The notes beneath the pieces were generated by a model, which was not told the DNA's origin, searched no databases, and worked only from the letters and a program-made list of their open reading frames with translations. Made by a program: the position numbers and the translations under genes. Below are positions 50,975 through 62,398 of a stretch of DNA of 64,000 nucleotides, in pieces. Each line of letters begins with the position of its first letter. The first letter of the stretch is position 1. This DNA comes from Podarcis pityusensis (taxonomy: Eukaryota): NCBI GenBank assembly GCA_964106645.2, contig OZ067043.1; one strand, given 5' to 3'.

Positions 50975-52333
50975 TATGAAATCAAGTTACAACCTGGCTA
51001 TTGCCTGGATTGATTTACCTGTTTCTCTGTTTACCTTGACCTCAGCCATTAGGTGAGTTGCTGTGATTTGTTCATATAATTTCACTACAGTACTGTCTGC
51101 CATTATTCCATTATTTTGCATACAGTCCTTCAGGATGTTTGTGTATGAAGGATGGGTGCATGGTGGAAGTAGGTCTGAAGGAAAGGGGAAAAATAACAAA
51201 CCTGTAACAGAACTGTAAGACAATAAGCAGTCTGTGTGGTTAATTGTAAAATGGGTGCCAGAGGCAAGGAGTCTAAGTGATGGGAGTCAAGAAGATCTAG
51301 TTGCAGAGTTTTGGGGATATATTAGTACAACCTAATTGGCCACTACTGTGGTCTGCTCCTATGCAGAATTTGTTTGAAATAAACCCTACTGATATCCGTA
51401 GACAGGATGTAAGCTTCATGCTCAACCCTATGCGTGTTTTACTTGGAAGTTCCAAGTGGAATGGTTGTGCAGTGGCAATTTTAGACTCTGGACTTAAATC
51501 ACCTTATGATTCCTTGAGACACACACAATTTAATTGCAATTTAAGTGTTCACTTATTTCTAATTGTGGAAAGCCAACCACCCTGCTGGGTTTGGAGGTCT
51601 ACCTCCCCATTCTCCTGAGTGGGGTTTTGACCTTCAACTGCAGATTGACATCCTATGCCCTTTTAAAATGTGGCTCTTTTGGGTGGGGATGTGTTATTGG
51701 GTTTTTGTTTTTATTTTGATTATATATATTGTGGTTTTTATGCTGATATTTTCTGTGAACTGCCCTGAGACCTCCGGGTATATGGGGTATATAAATTCAA
51801 TAAATACTACTACTACTACTACTACTAATAACAACAATATGTGCTGATGGCACCCCTGAAGTGGCCTCTAGTCCACAAAGCAATATGCAGCACCAATCCT
51901 TCTTGTCTTTAAACTACCAAGGACTTGTGTTGTTCTGTTTTGTTTTGTTGCTGAAATTTATTTATGAAGGACATCTTGTCTGCTGCCTATCCTGCCAAAC
52001 AGTAAATGTTTGCCCACATGGGGAAAAAATTTCCTGCATTGCAAGGGGTCGGACTAGATGTTCATCATGCTCGTAGGAGCCAAGTCCTAGGGGACCTCCC
52101 TAAATAAAATATTTGAGGTGGCTGGGCCCCTTCAAAGTTGATGGGCATTGCCATTCAAATGATGTGCAAGTGCCGTGTCATATGATCAATTACGTGGGGC
52201 GGAGCTTACCTGGGTTCCCCCAAATATTTTATTCAAGTTGGCAACCCTGCTCATGGTCCCTTCCAACTCTACGATTCAGGCTACCTCGGCGGGCGCTGCC
52301 ATCTGAAGCACACTTAACTGCAGAGAAGTGAGC

Positions 52334-53433
52334 AAAAATGTATAAATCTAAATTAAATGCTGGAAATGTAAAGAGAAAGAAGGTTCTTTTTATCATATGT
52401 GGTGGTCTTGTAGTAAAGTTAGGGCTTACTGGGAAATGATATATAATGAAATTAAAATAATGTTTAAAAGAATGTTTGTAAAAAAACCAGAAGCATTTTT
52501 TTTGGGAATTATAGGAACAGAATTAAAGGGATGTGGGTGGCGCTGTGGTCTAAACCACTGAGCCTAGGGCTTGCCGATCGGAAGGTTGGCAGTTCCAATC
52601 CCTGCGATGGGGTGAGCTCCCGAGCTCCTGTCAACCCTAGCAGTTCGAAAGCATGTCAAAGTGCAAGTAGATAAATGAGGAAAAGTGAGCAAAAAAATCA
52701 TATAAATAAGATAAAATCTAATGGCAAAATCATACGTGGTGGGATTGCAAGATTATCCCCCCCCCCAAAAAAAGGGAAATGATAGCAGCTTGTCATGCTG
52801 GCCACATGACCCAGAAAAACTGTCTGTGGACAGAAAAACTGTCTGTTGGCTCCCTCGGCCAGTAAAGTGAGATGAGCGCTGCAACGCCAAAGTCGTTTGC
52901 AACTGGACTTAACTGTCAGGGGTCCTTTACCTTTTTTTATAGGGACAGAACTACCTAAACCGTATAGAAACTTATTCATGTATGCAACTACAGCGGCAAA
53001 AATGTTACTTGCCCCAAAATGGAAAGAAGCAGAAGTCCCAGCAAAGGCAGAATGGATACAAAAACTTATGGAATATGCAGAAATGGCGAAACTTGCCGGA
53101 AGAGTGAAAAATCAAGATAACAAACTTTTTTTAAATAAAAGAATGGAAATGATTTATTGAATATTTACAGATAAATTGCAAACAGATAAGAACATTGGGA
53201 GGATTACTGTGATAACTTGCAGTTTCGTAAGAGTATATATTTAAAGAAGACGAATAAATGAGCAAATTAAGTTAATTTGGATACGCAGAAGATATTAAAA
53301 ATAAATTTAAGGAACCGCAGGAAGGGGGGGGGGGAGTCAAGTTTTGAAATGGGATTGTAAAAATCAGTGAAATGAAGGATTGTAAAATCAGTGAAATGTA
53401 CCAACCTGCAAAGTATAAATAAATAAATAAAAG
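52334..53433 (+). mobile_element. 5'-truncated L1/Tx1-type LINE (ORF2 C-terminal cysteine-rich region plus 3'UTR and A-rich tail)
   Basis: KCWKCKEKEGSFYHMWWSC...KKPEAFFLGIIGTEL|PKPYRNLFMYATTAAKMLLAPKWK; (AATA)n tail; 12-bp TSD AGAGAAGTGAGC. Confidence 0.85.
52526..52936 (+). mobile_element. Sauria SINE nested in the L1 fragment
   Basis: GGTGGCGCTGTGGTCTAAACCACTGAGCC 5' end, GGGGTCCTTTACCTTT 3' end; about 17-bp TSD ttataggaacagaatta/ttatagggacagaacta. Confidence 0.85.
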
Positions 53434-53539
53434 AGAGAAGTGAGCTGCTCCCGGAGCTTACCCTGCTTGACTTCGGATGGTTTAGGGTTGCAGTGCTTTG
53501 GTGAGGACTGCAGCCTTAAAGGGGCAGGTACTCTTGTGT

Positions 53540-54300
53540 GCTCAGCGTCCGTCCATCCATCCCTGGCGCGGCTCTAAAGCCAGGGGAGCGGGGGGTGGGG
53601 TGGGAAAGGTCCGGTGCTGCGAAAGCGCGCGCAGGACGCGCGCGGTTGCTCGCCGCTGCCCATTGGCTGCCGGGTTCCATCACCTGCCCGCCGGGTGGGT
53701 GAGCCGCGAGGAGATGAGCGCACAGCCCTGAAGGGGCAGAGTCCAGGCAGCAGGGCGAGGAAAGAGCAGCAGCAGGTGGCGGCGGCGCCGGTTCCGCATC
53801 TCTCTCCCCCCCCCCCCCCGTCGCCCTCTCTGTGGCTGCGTGCAGGCGCGCGGGAAAATGCCTCTGGGGCTGAGGGGCAAGAAGAAAGGCAAGTCCAGGG
53901 AGACGTCCACGCTGGTGGAGGGCGAAGCCCCCCTGGCGCGGGGCAGGGGCGACGGGGGCGACGACGACGACGCCAGCGGCAGCAGCGCCGTCGGCGGGGC
54001 TGGCGTCGGAGGAGGCGCCGCCGCCTCGTCCTCCTCCTCCTCGGCGCGCCAGGCCCCCATCCGGCTGGTGTTCCACACGCAGCTGGCGCACGGCAGCCCC
54101 ACGGGGCGCGTGGAGGGCTTCGCCAGCGTCAGGGAGCTTTACGCCAAGATAGCCGAGGCGTTCCACATCGCCCCCAGCGAGGTACGTGCCCAGAGGGGAC
54201 TGGGCGGTATCTCCCCCCCCCCGCCTCCCTCGTGAACGGAAGCCCCCCGCTACGGGGGATTTGTTCCAAATCTGGCGCCCCCCTTCGGCAGGGGGACAAA
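53540..54300. promoter_or_regulatory. CpG island / GIPC2 promoter
   Basis: Very high GC/CpG; reverse CCAAT box (ATTGG) near 53663. Confidence 0.8.
53858..54181 (+). CDS. GIPC2: PDZ domain-containing protein GIPC2, exon 1 (108 aa; remaining exons lie outside the window)
   Basis: [15 protein letters not shown]...[40 protein letters not shown] (GH1 domain start); GAG|GTACGT donor; synteny. Confidence 0.94.
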
Positions 54301-55293
54301 AGCCCCAAAGCCGACTGGTCTCTCTTGGGGCACCGGCTCCTTGGTTTGGTTTGGCTCAGCTGTTCACCTCCGACTCTCTTCCATCACCCCGAGCGTCGTT
54401 CATGGCTCCATGTTTGGGCGAAATGTTGGGCTTAGTTGCCAATCCGCGCGTGGTAAGAATCGGCATCAAGGGGGTGGTGGGTTAGTCCAGAGACAGAGCT
54501 TTTTGGGTGGGTGGTGGTGTTTTTTCGCAAGGAAGTGTTTCTGGAAATTTAGATAATGGAGGGTGGGTGGGTGCCTTGCTGCCTATAGGAGTAGGCAGTA
54601 GATAAAACGCACTCCTCACACGCTCAGAGGCTCTCTTCCCCATCAATACTTCACGAGTTTCTAGGCCGAACTTTTCTTTCCTTTTTTCTTGCTGACTCCT
54701 GAAACAACAAAAAAGTGTCCAGAATTGCCTTTGTGGGCATTTCATCCGCTCTTAATTCTGGGCCACCCCTGTATTTCAAAGCTCCTTAAGGTCTTTTTTT
54801 AGCAAGAGGGACTCAGGAACTGAGTAACTGAGTGTGGAAAACAGCTGATGGTGCTGATCTCTCCTGGTTCAAACAACAGGGAAACATTGATTGATTATTA
54901 AAAAGGTGCCTCAGAGTGTAGGGGGAGTGCGTTTTTCTGTGCTCAGCAGTGCTTGGCCCTATGTATCTCCTGGAATCATATATGTAACACCTTGGCTTAC
55001 ATGATGAAAGAAAGTTGAGGAAACTGCTCCTGCCACCACAATGCATCCATATGATAACTGAAGTGCAGCTCAGGCTGTTACTAGGAGCCAACACAGAAAT
55101 CATATCCCCAAGACCATTGCACAAACCCACTTCAACTGTCTGAACTATCCTAGACTTGTTTACAGATAAGTTTTTCTGAGTTCAATGAGACTATCCTGAG
55201 GAATATCTGTTTAGGATTGCAGCCTGTATCTCTATTTTTCTGACACGCGGTGGAGCTTTAAGACAGGGGTGAAGAATCCACAAACCTCTAGAT

Positions 55294-55424
55294 CCAGGGG
55301 TAGCCAACATGGTGCCCTCTGGATGTTTTTGGACTACGACTTCATTCAACCCCAGCTGGCATGGCCACAATGGCCAGGGATGATGGAGGTTGCAGTCCAG
55401 CCGCACCACATTGGCGACCACAGC
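55294..55424. mobile_element. hAT-type MITE
   Basis: CAGGGGTAGCCAAC...TTGGCGACCAC termini flanked by a duplicated ctctagatc. Confidence 0.65.
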
Positions 55425-58400
55425 TCTAGATCTCGTTGGACTCCCATTGACCCTGACCTTTGGCCATGCTGGCTAGAGCAGACGGGTGTTGGAGCCCAGT
55501 GCCATCTCTACTCTTGCAGTAAGGCAATGAGTAGTGTGGAAAGGTGCATTCTAGACTTCTACATGTGAGTCGGGTGTCACTTTGCTACTTCAATCACCTT
55601 GTTTTTTAAAAAATGTTTAATTTTGGGGGAAGAAGCTCATGAAAGTGGTGGAAGTGTGGATTTTCTCACACCCTTTTAGTATAAGCACATGGTGATGTGA
55701 GGATTCGAACTGGAAGTCAGTACAGAACTGTAGATCGTAACTGCATATTCTTTAAAAGCACAATATATGGGCGCAATGTTATGCTTGTGTCATGAGACTT
55801 GGTAGCTTTTTACGGCAAAGTTTTGATCCACTGAACAGTTTGGCTGTCGTTTGCAGTTATTATGGTACCTGAAGCAGAAAAATGTTATTGCCCTGAAAGT
55901 AATAATAATTTTTTAAAAAACTGTAATAAACTATATAATCAATAATTTATCCTTTAATGGCACCTGAAGACCTGCCACTTGAGATAGATTGTCTCACTGT
56001 GCCTAATGGCTGGGCAGGGGCCCTGCAGCTATTGTTCTGAAGAGAATGCATTTAAATCCTTTGATGGCATGTATCAAACCTCTTAGGTTGGTCAGGTTCC
56101 ATTGTGGTTTGTATAATTGCTTCTGTAAAGGTTGCTAACCTTAAACCAAAGGCAACATTTTTATTCATTATCCAAGTTGTAATTGTCCTATATGTGTAGC
56201 TTTGAGCACCGAAAAAGAAGCAAGGCTGAACACATGTAATTATACTCCTGGCTACATGGATCATTTTACCTTGGCATTGCAGCTTGTCACAATAGTATCT
56301 CTTCTTTATTATCATGAAGAACAATAAGGTCTTTGAAAGACAGTGAAGTTTTCCCCAGTGACGAAGAACTGCAAAAGTTATTTCACACCAGACATGGTCC
56401 TCAGACTGGCGCACTGTTGTACTAGCAGTTTGCAGTACATAGAAATGGGCAACTCTTATTCTTTTTATTCCTGTGCAAATAAATCCTGTAACTAGGAGTT
56501 GCTTGGAGTTCTGCACCTGGTCATCCATTACTTAGTTTATCTTGAAGTATGATGGTGTTTAACTCTGGCCTTGTTTAAAATTGATGCACTCTATTTAACA
56601 CGCCTTATGCAAACCAGGGAAAATATGCTAGTGATAGGCACTATTGCTTGGGAGTAGGTCATTTTATAAAAAACCTGGAAATGGTAGTAGCTTGTTTTCT
56701 TCTTGCATCAGTGCAGTAGAGCTTTGTTCAGAGGATCATGAGAGAGCTGGCTATATGATACAAAAAATAAAATAAAATTGTACATAAGCATTTCTATTGT
56801 AAACTGTCCTGAGATCTTTGAATGAATGAAGGTATGGGAATTTAATAAATAGAAATTCTTCTTGAAGCAAGTGCAAAATATACAAATCATTCCATCAGAA
56901 TGCTGCATGAGACTTGGACATACAATCTTTGTTTACCATCTTTCTTCTAAAATTTGGAACATGCATGGAAGAATTCTAATTCCTAAGTTGGTTTTTGCAA
57001 ACTATGTGAAGGAAATGTTTAGACTATTTGGCTTTCATCTACTAGGAACTGTGAATTATAATGAAGCTGAATTTGTAACAAATGGTATACAGATGAAATG
57101 TAGTATTGTAACATCAATCATACATTTTTTTCTGCATTGTGTCCAATTATACTTTTCAGTGTCATTGTCAATGATTGCAACATGGGCTCAAGTATTAGTT
57201 CTGTGTTTATGGAACTTCTGAATGGTGCTGACAGCTCAATTTCCAGTAAAATAAACACATTCCTCCTTTTTAAGCATGGAGGATTACAGCAAGCTACATG
57301 GTTTAATTAACATAACTCCTTTTAGTGGCACAGATTTCAAAAAGATTTCTTCTTAGTGTGCTTTGCATCCATTGTAAATCCATATATCTATGGTGGCTCT
57401 GTGCAGTTTTCTCGCACACTTTATTACTGTATTTTTATTTCTAGGCAAAGTACAAATTACTTGATTGCTTCTTGCTGTAGCTCAGAGGGAGTTGACTTTG
57501 AGGGGATCTCCATTTGCTAGCATGTCACTAATGCTTTATAAAGGTGAGAGTGGACATATTGTGGAAAACAATCTACCTAGTTACTCAGTTCCATTAGATA
57601 ATTAAGTAGTATTGTTTCCATTCCTCTACACACCAGTCTGTGCCGTCTCCATTTCTTGTTGAACTTATGCCTGTTTCCTCTCCCTCTACTGATAATCTGT
57701 CTATATTTTATGAGATTTATTTCTGAATTTATATCAGAAAAGGATTGTGCAACCTGCATTTCATCCTGTGTCCAGTTCAATCAGCACTTACCATCTGGGT
57801 TTTTTTAAGGGCTGAAAGTTATGTACTGCATTGCTAACGTTAACACAAAAAGTATAAAAGCAAAGCCCCTTTTTGTGTCAGCAGTGAGTGCTAAATTCTA
57901 CTATACATTGTGGCAACATGTAACTTGAATGTATTTGGAAATAACTGAAAACAAAGGTGCATTTAAGACTCAGACAGGAAACATTCTACTTCAAGTAATG
58001 GATGTAGAATTCTCTTGCTCTAGGAATAGTTATTTCAGTGCTGGTTACTGTAAATTATTGAACAGTGAGTTAAACTTGTTGGAGAAGTGAAACTCCGATA
58101 CAGCTAAAAATAAATCCACGGCTTTCTTGATGTTATGTCATTCCTTGTGTGGATTTCCCATTGAATCAGTTGTTTTTAAGGACTGTAGATTTATCACCGT
58201 ATTACTATGCAATTTGTTCTACTAGTCTATCCCTTGCTGTTTCACACCGATTGGACCTTTCTCCAAACTAGTATCCTCCTTTGGGAGGCTGCACTAGGGA
58301 TAGCAGCAAAGGGAGGAAACAGTGTTGAGTCAGCAAAAATTCTTTTTTGAGGCATGTGTGTGCTCCACTTCCACAACCTTTTCATAAAGCCTGAAAGGAG

Positions 58401-58983
58401 GGCATAGACGAAACCAGAGGAAGTGGAGTTTGTTTGCTTTCTATTAAGAGAAGTATGAGCCAAGTTCCCCCAAACCTTTGCTAGAATATGAACACTTAAG
58501 CTCTGGAATTTCAGCAACAGCGTTATTATGTTTTAAAACCAAAAACAAACAAACTGAGTTTGGTATGAAATGAAAAAGAACACTCGGTAAATGTTACAAA
58601 ATGCTGTAGTATTAAAATGTCTCTTTATATGGAGCATATAACACCAATGGTAGCTCAACTCCATTGGCTACCTAATTGCTTCCAAATTCGTCAATGTTGA
58701 CAAACTTGGAAGCAAAGAAGTGAGTACCTTTTACAGACCTGAATGGCATGGGTTTGGTAGCCTTCTAGAAACATCTTCTCCCATACATTCCCCCTGCCTG
58801 CCTCCCTGAGGTCTGGGGTAGAGACTCTATTTCCTGCAAAATATTGTTGCATTCCACCTCAGTCTCCGAGTGGTGCAAAATTCCAGGGGTGACAAGACAG
58901 TTACCCAGGGTTCATTGTTCCCTTTGGATTGAGGTACAGTGCTGACTGCGGTATCTTTATGATATGTGGTTTGTTTACAAATA

Positions 58984-59173
58984 CAGTGGTACCTCAGGTT
59001 AAGTACTTAATTCGTTCTGGAGGTCTGTACTTAACCTGAAACTGTTCTTAACCTGAAGCACCACTTTAGCTAATGGGGCCTCTTGCTGCCGCCGTGCCGC
59101 TGGAGCAAGATTTCTGTTCTCATCCTGAAGCAGAGTATGTAACCTGAAGCGTATGTAACCTGAGGTACCACTG
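58984..59173. mobile_element. Tc1/mariner-type MITE
   Basis: TIR CAGTGGTACCTCAGGTTA...TAACCTGAGGTACCACTG with TA TSD. Confidence 0.88.
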
Positions 59174-59320
59174 TACATACAATCTGAGCCTACAATGGAG
59201 GAGCTTATAGCATTAACACCCCAAGAAGGTGTTTTGTTATTTCAGGTTCATTTAGCGCTTTGTTTTTGTACAAATATTCTTTTACAATATTTCACATTTT
59301 TTTGTATTGCTGTTGAAACA

Positions 59321-62165
59321 ACAACAACAACAATCTTTATTACGGTCCAGAGACCCAACAAATCATTACAAATCAATACACAGTTCATACAGCCTACCTC
59401 CAGGTTAATCAAGCATTTTGTTTAGAATATAGGGCTCATTTGTTCTTGCAACCACTGATAAAAACTTTGCCACTGCTAACGTTCTAGCTTTTGTCCGGTC
59501 TTCCAGTAGGAACCTGACATAGTGAGTCTCTGATTTTCCCAGGAAAGGTACCAGCAAGGGTAGTATCAGTTCAGCCCTGGCCTGCTCATATTTTGCACAA
59601 TGCAACAAAATATGATTTATGGAATCGATGTCTTGAGCACACGAGCAAAGTCTGTCCTGGTAGGGAACTCCTCTCAACCTACCATCCAACACTGCAGAGG
59701 GGAAGACATTTTGTCTGGCTTTGGTGAAAAGCCTTCGGTAGTTAGGTACTGTCAGGTTTTGGTGAAAAGCCTTCGGTAGTTAGGTACTGTCAGCCTTCGG
59801 TAGTTAGGTACTGTCAGATGTTAACTTAAAGACATACCCATATTGAACTCATGCTGCCAGCGGACTACAGACTGTGTGTGATCGAGATCGCAAGTCACTG
59901 TGTGCATTGTCCCATAATCTTTCCTTTAAAACCTTTTGGGCGCCTTCATAACCCAGGTAATACAGTTGGGGAGACAGACCAATAGAGGTGGCTTTTTTAG
60001 CCATGGTTTTCTGCCATTTGCTGACAAATTCCTCATTAGTCAGATGTTGGTACAGACCCTTCCCTAGATTAAACACTGAAATCCTGAGCCAATGTTTTAG
60101 GGCAGCCCACCACGCTTTAGTTGAAATTGGGCATTCACCAGCTTCTAACAGAAGTACAGAGTTGGGGACGCAGTTAGGTACCTGCAGCAGAGATCGTATA
60201 AATTTTGCCTGAAAGCCATCTAGCTTTGGCAGGTCCCCATTATGCCAGACATTTGCTGCATACAGGAGTTGGGAAACGGGCTTTGCGTTGAAAACCCTTA
60301 AGGCTGCTGGAACATATTTGCCGCCCTTTGTGAAGAAGAATCTATGTATGGCTAGCTTTGTAATCTCCGCCTTTTGAAGGGAGGTTTGCCAATGGTGCTT
60401 CCAAGATCCTGTATGATGGAATGTGAGCCCTAGGTAACTGAAGTATTTTACCTGTTCAAGGTTATGGCCATCCAGCACCCATTTAGTCTGGGAGAATCTT
60501 CTTTCGAAGACTAAAATTTTAGATTTTTCATAATTAATGGATAAACCATTTCCAGAACAGTAATCAGAAAATTTCCTCAACAGATAATTCAAACCCGGTC
60601 TGGAACGTGAGATGATGGCCGTGTCATCAGCACATAACAACAGAGGGGTCCTTCTCATTCCTATTTTTGGAATGTGTCCATCTGGGTCCATTAAGTTCTC
60701 TTCTAGGTCATTTAAGAATAGACAAAACAATGTGGGGGCCAAAAGACAACCCTGTCTCACCCCCCTAGTCATCTCGATGCTGTTCGATAGCTGTCCCTGT
60801 CGACCGCATCGGACCTGAAGTTTGGTTCCATTGTACAGGGCTTTTATGAGAAAGAGAAGTCGTTTGTCCTGCAAAATCAGACTTAATTTGGACCATAGCT
60901 GGGATCTGGGGATGGAGTCAAATGCTGATTTCAGATCCATAAAGGCCACAAAGAGTTTACCCTGTAGAGGCCTGGTATACTTCTCGGCTAGGAAGGACAG
61001 CATTAGACAGTGGTCTGTTGTTGAATGGTTCTCACGAAAAGCTGCCTGGGCTTCAGATAGTATATTATGTTCATTTAGAAAAGTTGTCAGTTTGCTACTG
61101 AGGAAACGGGCATACAGCTTCCCAATTATTGAGAGCGGGCTAATTGGCCTATAATTGGAAGGTACATTTGGGTGGCCTCTCTTAAAGATTGGAACTACTA
61201 TAGCATGTTTCCAGCTATATGGTACCTTACCCGAGTTATTTACTACCGTAAAGAGTGCTGCCAGAAGCGGAGCCCACCAGTGCTGGTTTGATGTAATCAA
61301 CTCTGCTGGGATAAAGTCTTTCCACTCTTCAGATTCCCAATTAATGTATGGACTTCCTCCACAGTAACCGGCCTCCAATTAGGGAGCAGTGACAATTCTG
61401 CCCTGTCATCCTCCTGTAAGCTGGAAGGGAGGTTTGGATTTTCCATAAATATATTTCTGAAGTGATTCTCCCAAACCTGAGCTGGAATGACACAGCTGGG
61501 GGCTGAGGGACTATTTTTCATTGAGTCGGAGACCAGTTGCCAAAAGAGTTTAGTTTCATTGTTTAGTGAGGCATTCAATAGCAGGGACCAGGAATTTTGT
61601 TCGGACTGCCTTTTTTTTGAGGCCAAAAGGGCTTTATACTCTTTTTTGATTTTGAAATAAGATGGAGGTAAGTAGTTTAATCCAGCGTTTCTATAGGCCA
61701 AATAAGCGTTCCTTAAGGCTTCCTTCTTTGTGCAGCACTCTTGGTCAAACCAACCGCGCCCTTTTGCAGTGCGTGGCTTGCCGGCTGAGTTTATGTTAAC
61801 CGAAACCACATCCTGCAAGGACTCAATGAGATTTTTGTAAGCTGTCAGGGAGGAGTCTATTGATAGATTGTTTATTATAATTGATCTTAACTTAATTGCA
61901 GTTTGTGAATTCAATCTATTCTCAACTGCAATTGCTATCTCAGGTGTCCATTTTTTCCTACGCAATGCTGGATAATTTGCTTTATCTATGACCTCATGTT
62001 CTATGTGAGAGCGCTGAATTGCATTTTGGCCAGTAGTGGAGATGATATGGGGTAGGTGGTCGCTTTCAGTCCTATTATCTATGGTGAATTTTTTAATTGA
62101 TTCGAAGGCCTCTCTGTTAGTGAGGCAGTAGTCTCCTGTGCTGGCTCCATTTGTATTTATGAATG
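59321..62165 (-). mobile_element. 5'-truncated non-LTR retrotransposon (RTE-X-like) with disrupted EN-RT-CCHC ORF, in GIPC2 intron 1
   Basis: ORFs 61297..62193 (SDHLP endonuclease end), 59849..61378 (NYRPIS, DLKSAFD, GVRQGC, CADD) and 59405..59692 (RLCSC...HILLHC); AATAAA plus (GTT)n tail; 18-bp TSD with 1 mismatch (59303-20, 62166-83). Clade assignment is inference. Confidence 0.88.
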
Positions 62166-62370
62166 TGTACTGCTGTTGAAACATATAAGTCACCTTGAGA
62201 GATTTCTATTAAGAAAAGTGTCCTATATAGATTTTAAATAAATAAAATGTTCGTGTTACTATTTTACGTTTTTCTCTTGTGCTTTTTTTGCCATGTTTAT
62301 ATGAAACTTGAGTTACTCCTTTAAGAGTTCAGGGGGAAATTTTGTTGCTGTTCTGCCATTTCTCTCTTGT

Positions 62371-62398
62371 ATCAATCAATCAATCAATCAATCAATCA
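62371..62398. repeat. (ATCA)n microsatellite, possibly the tail of another short LINE fragment
   Basis: Direct reading. Confidence 0.7.

Noticed and set aside
53498-54485. Long alternative-frame and antisense ORFs (273, 216 and 140 aa) over GIPC2 exon 1
   Set aside because: GC-rich shadow ORFs with low-complexity Arg/Gly/Ala content and no domain.
57810-57870. Possible GIPC2 exon 2 (ILYCTLN-like)
   Set aside because: No open frame matching the GIPC continuation and no good acceptor; exon 2 lies beyond the window.
59720-59817. Direct repeats resembling a CRISPR array
   Set aside because: Eukaryotic context, no unique spacers; a simple tandem duplication within a LINE.
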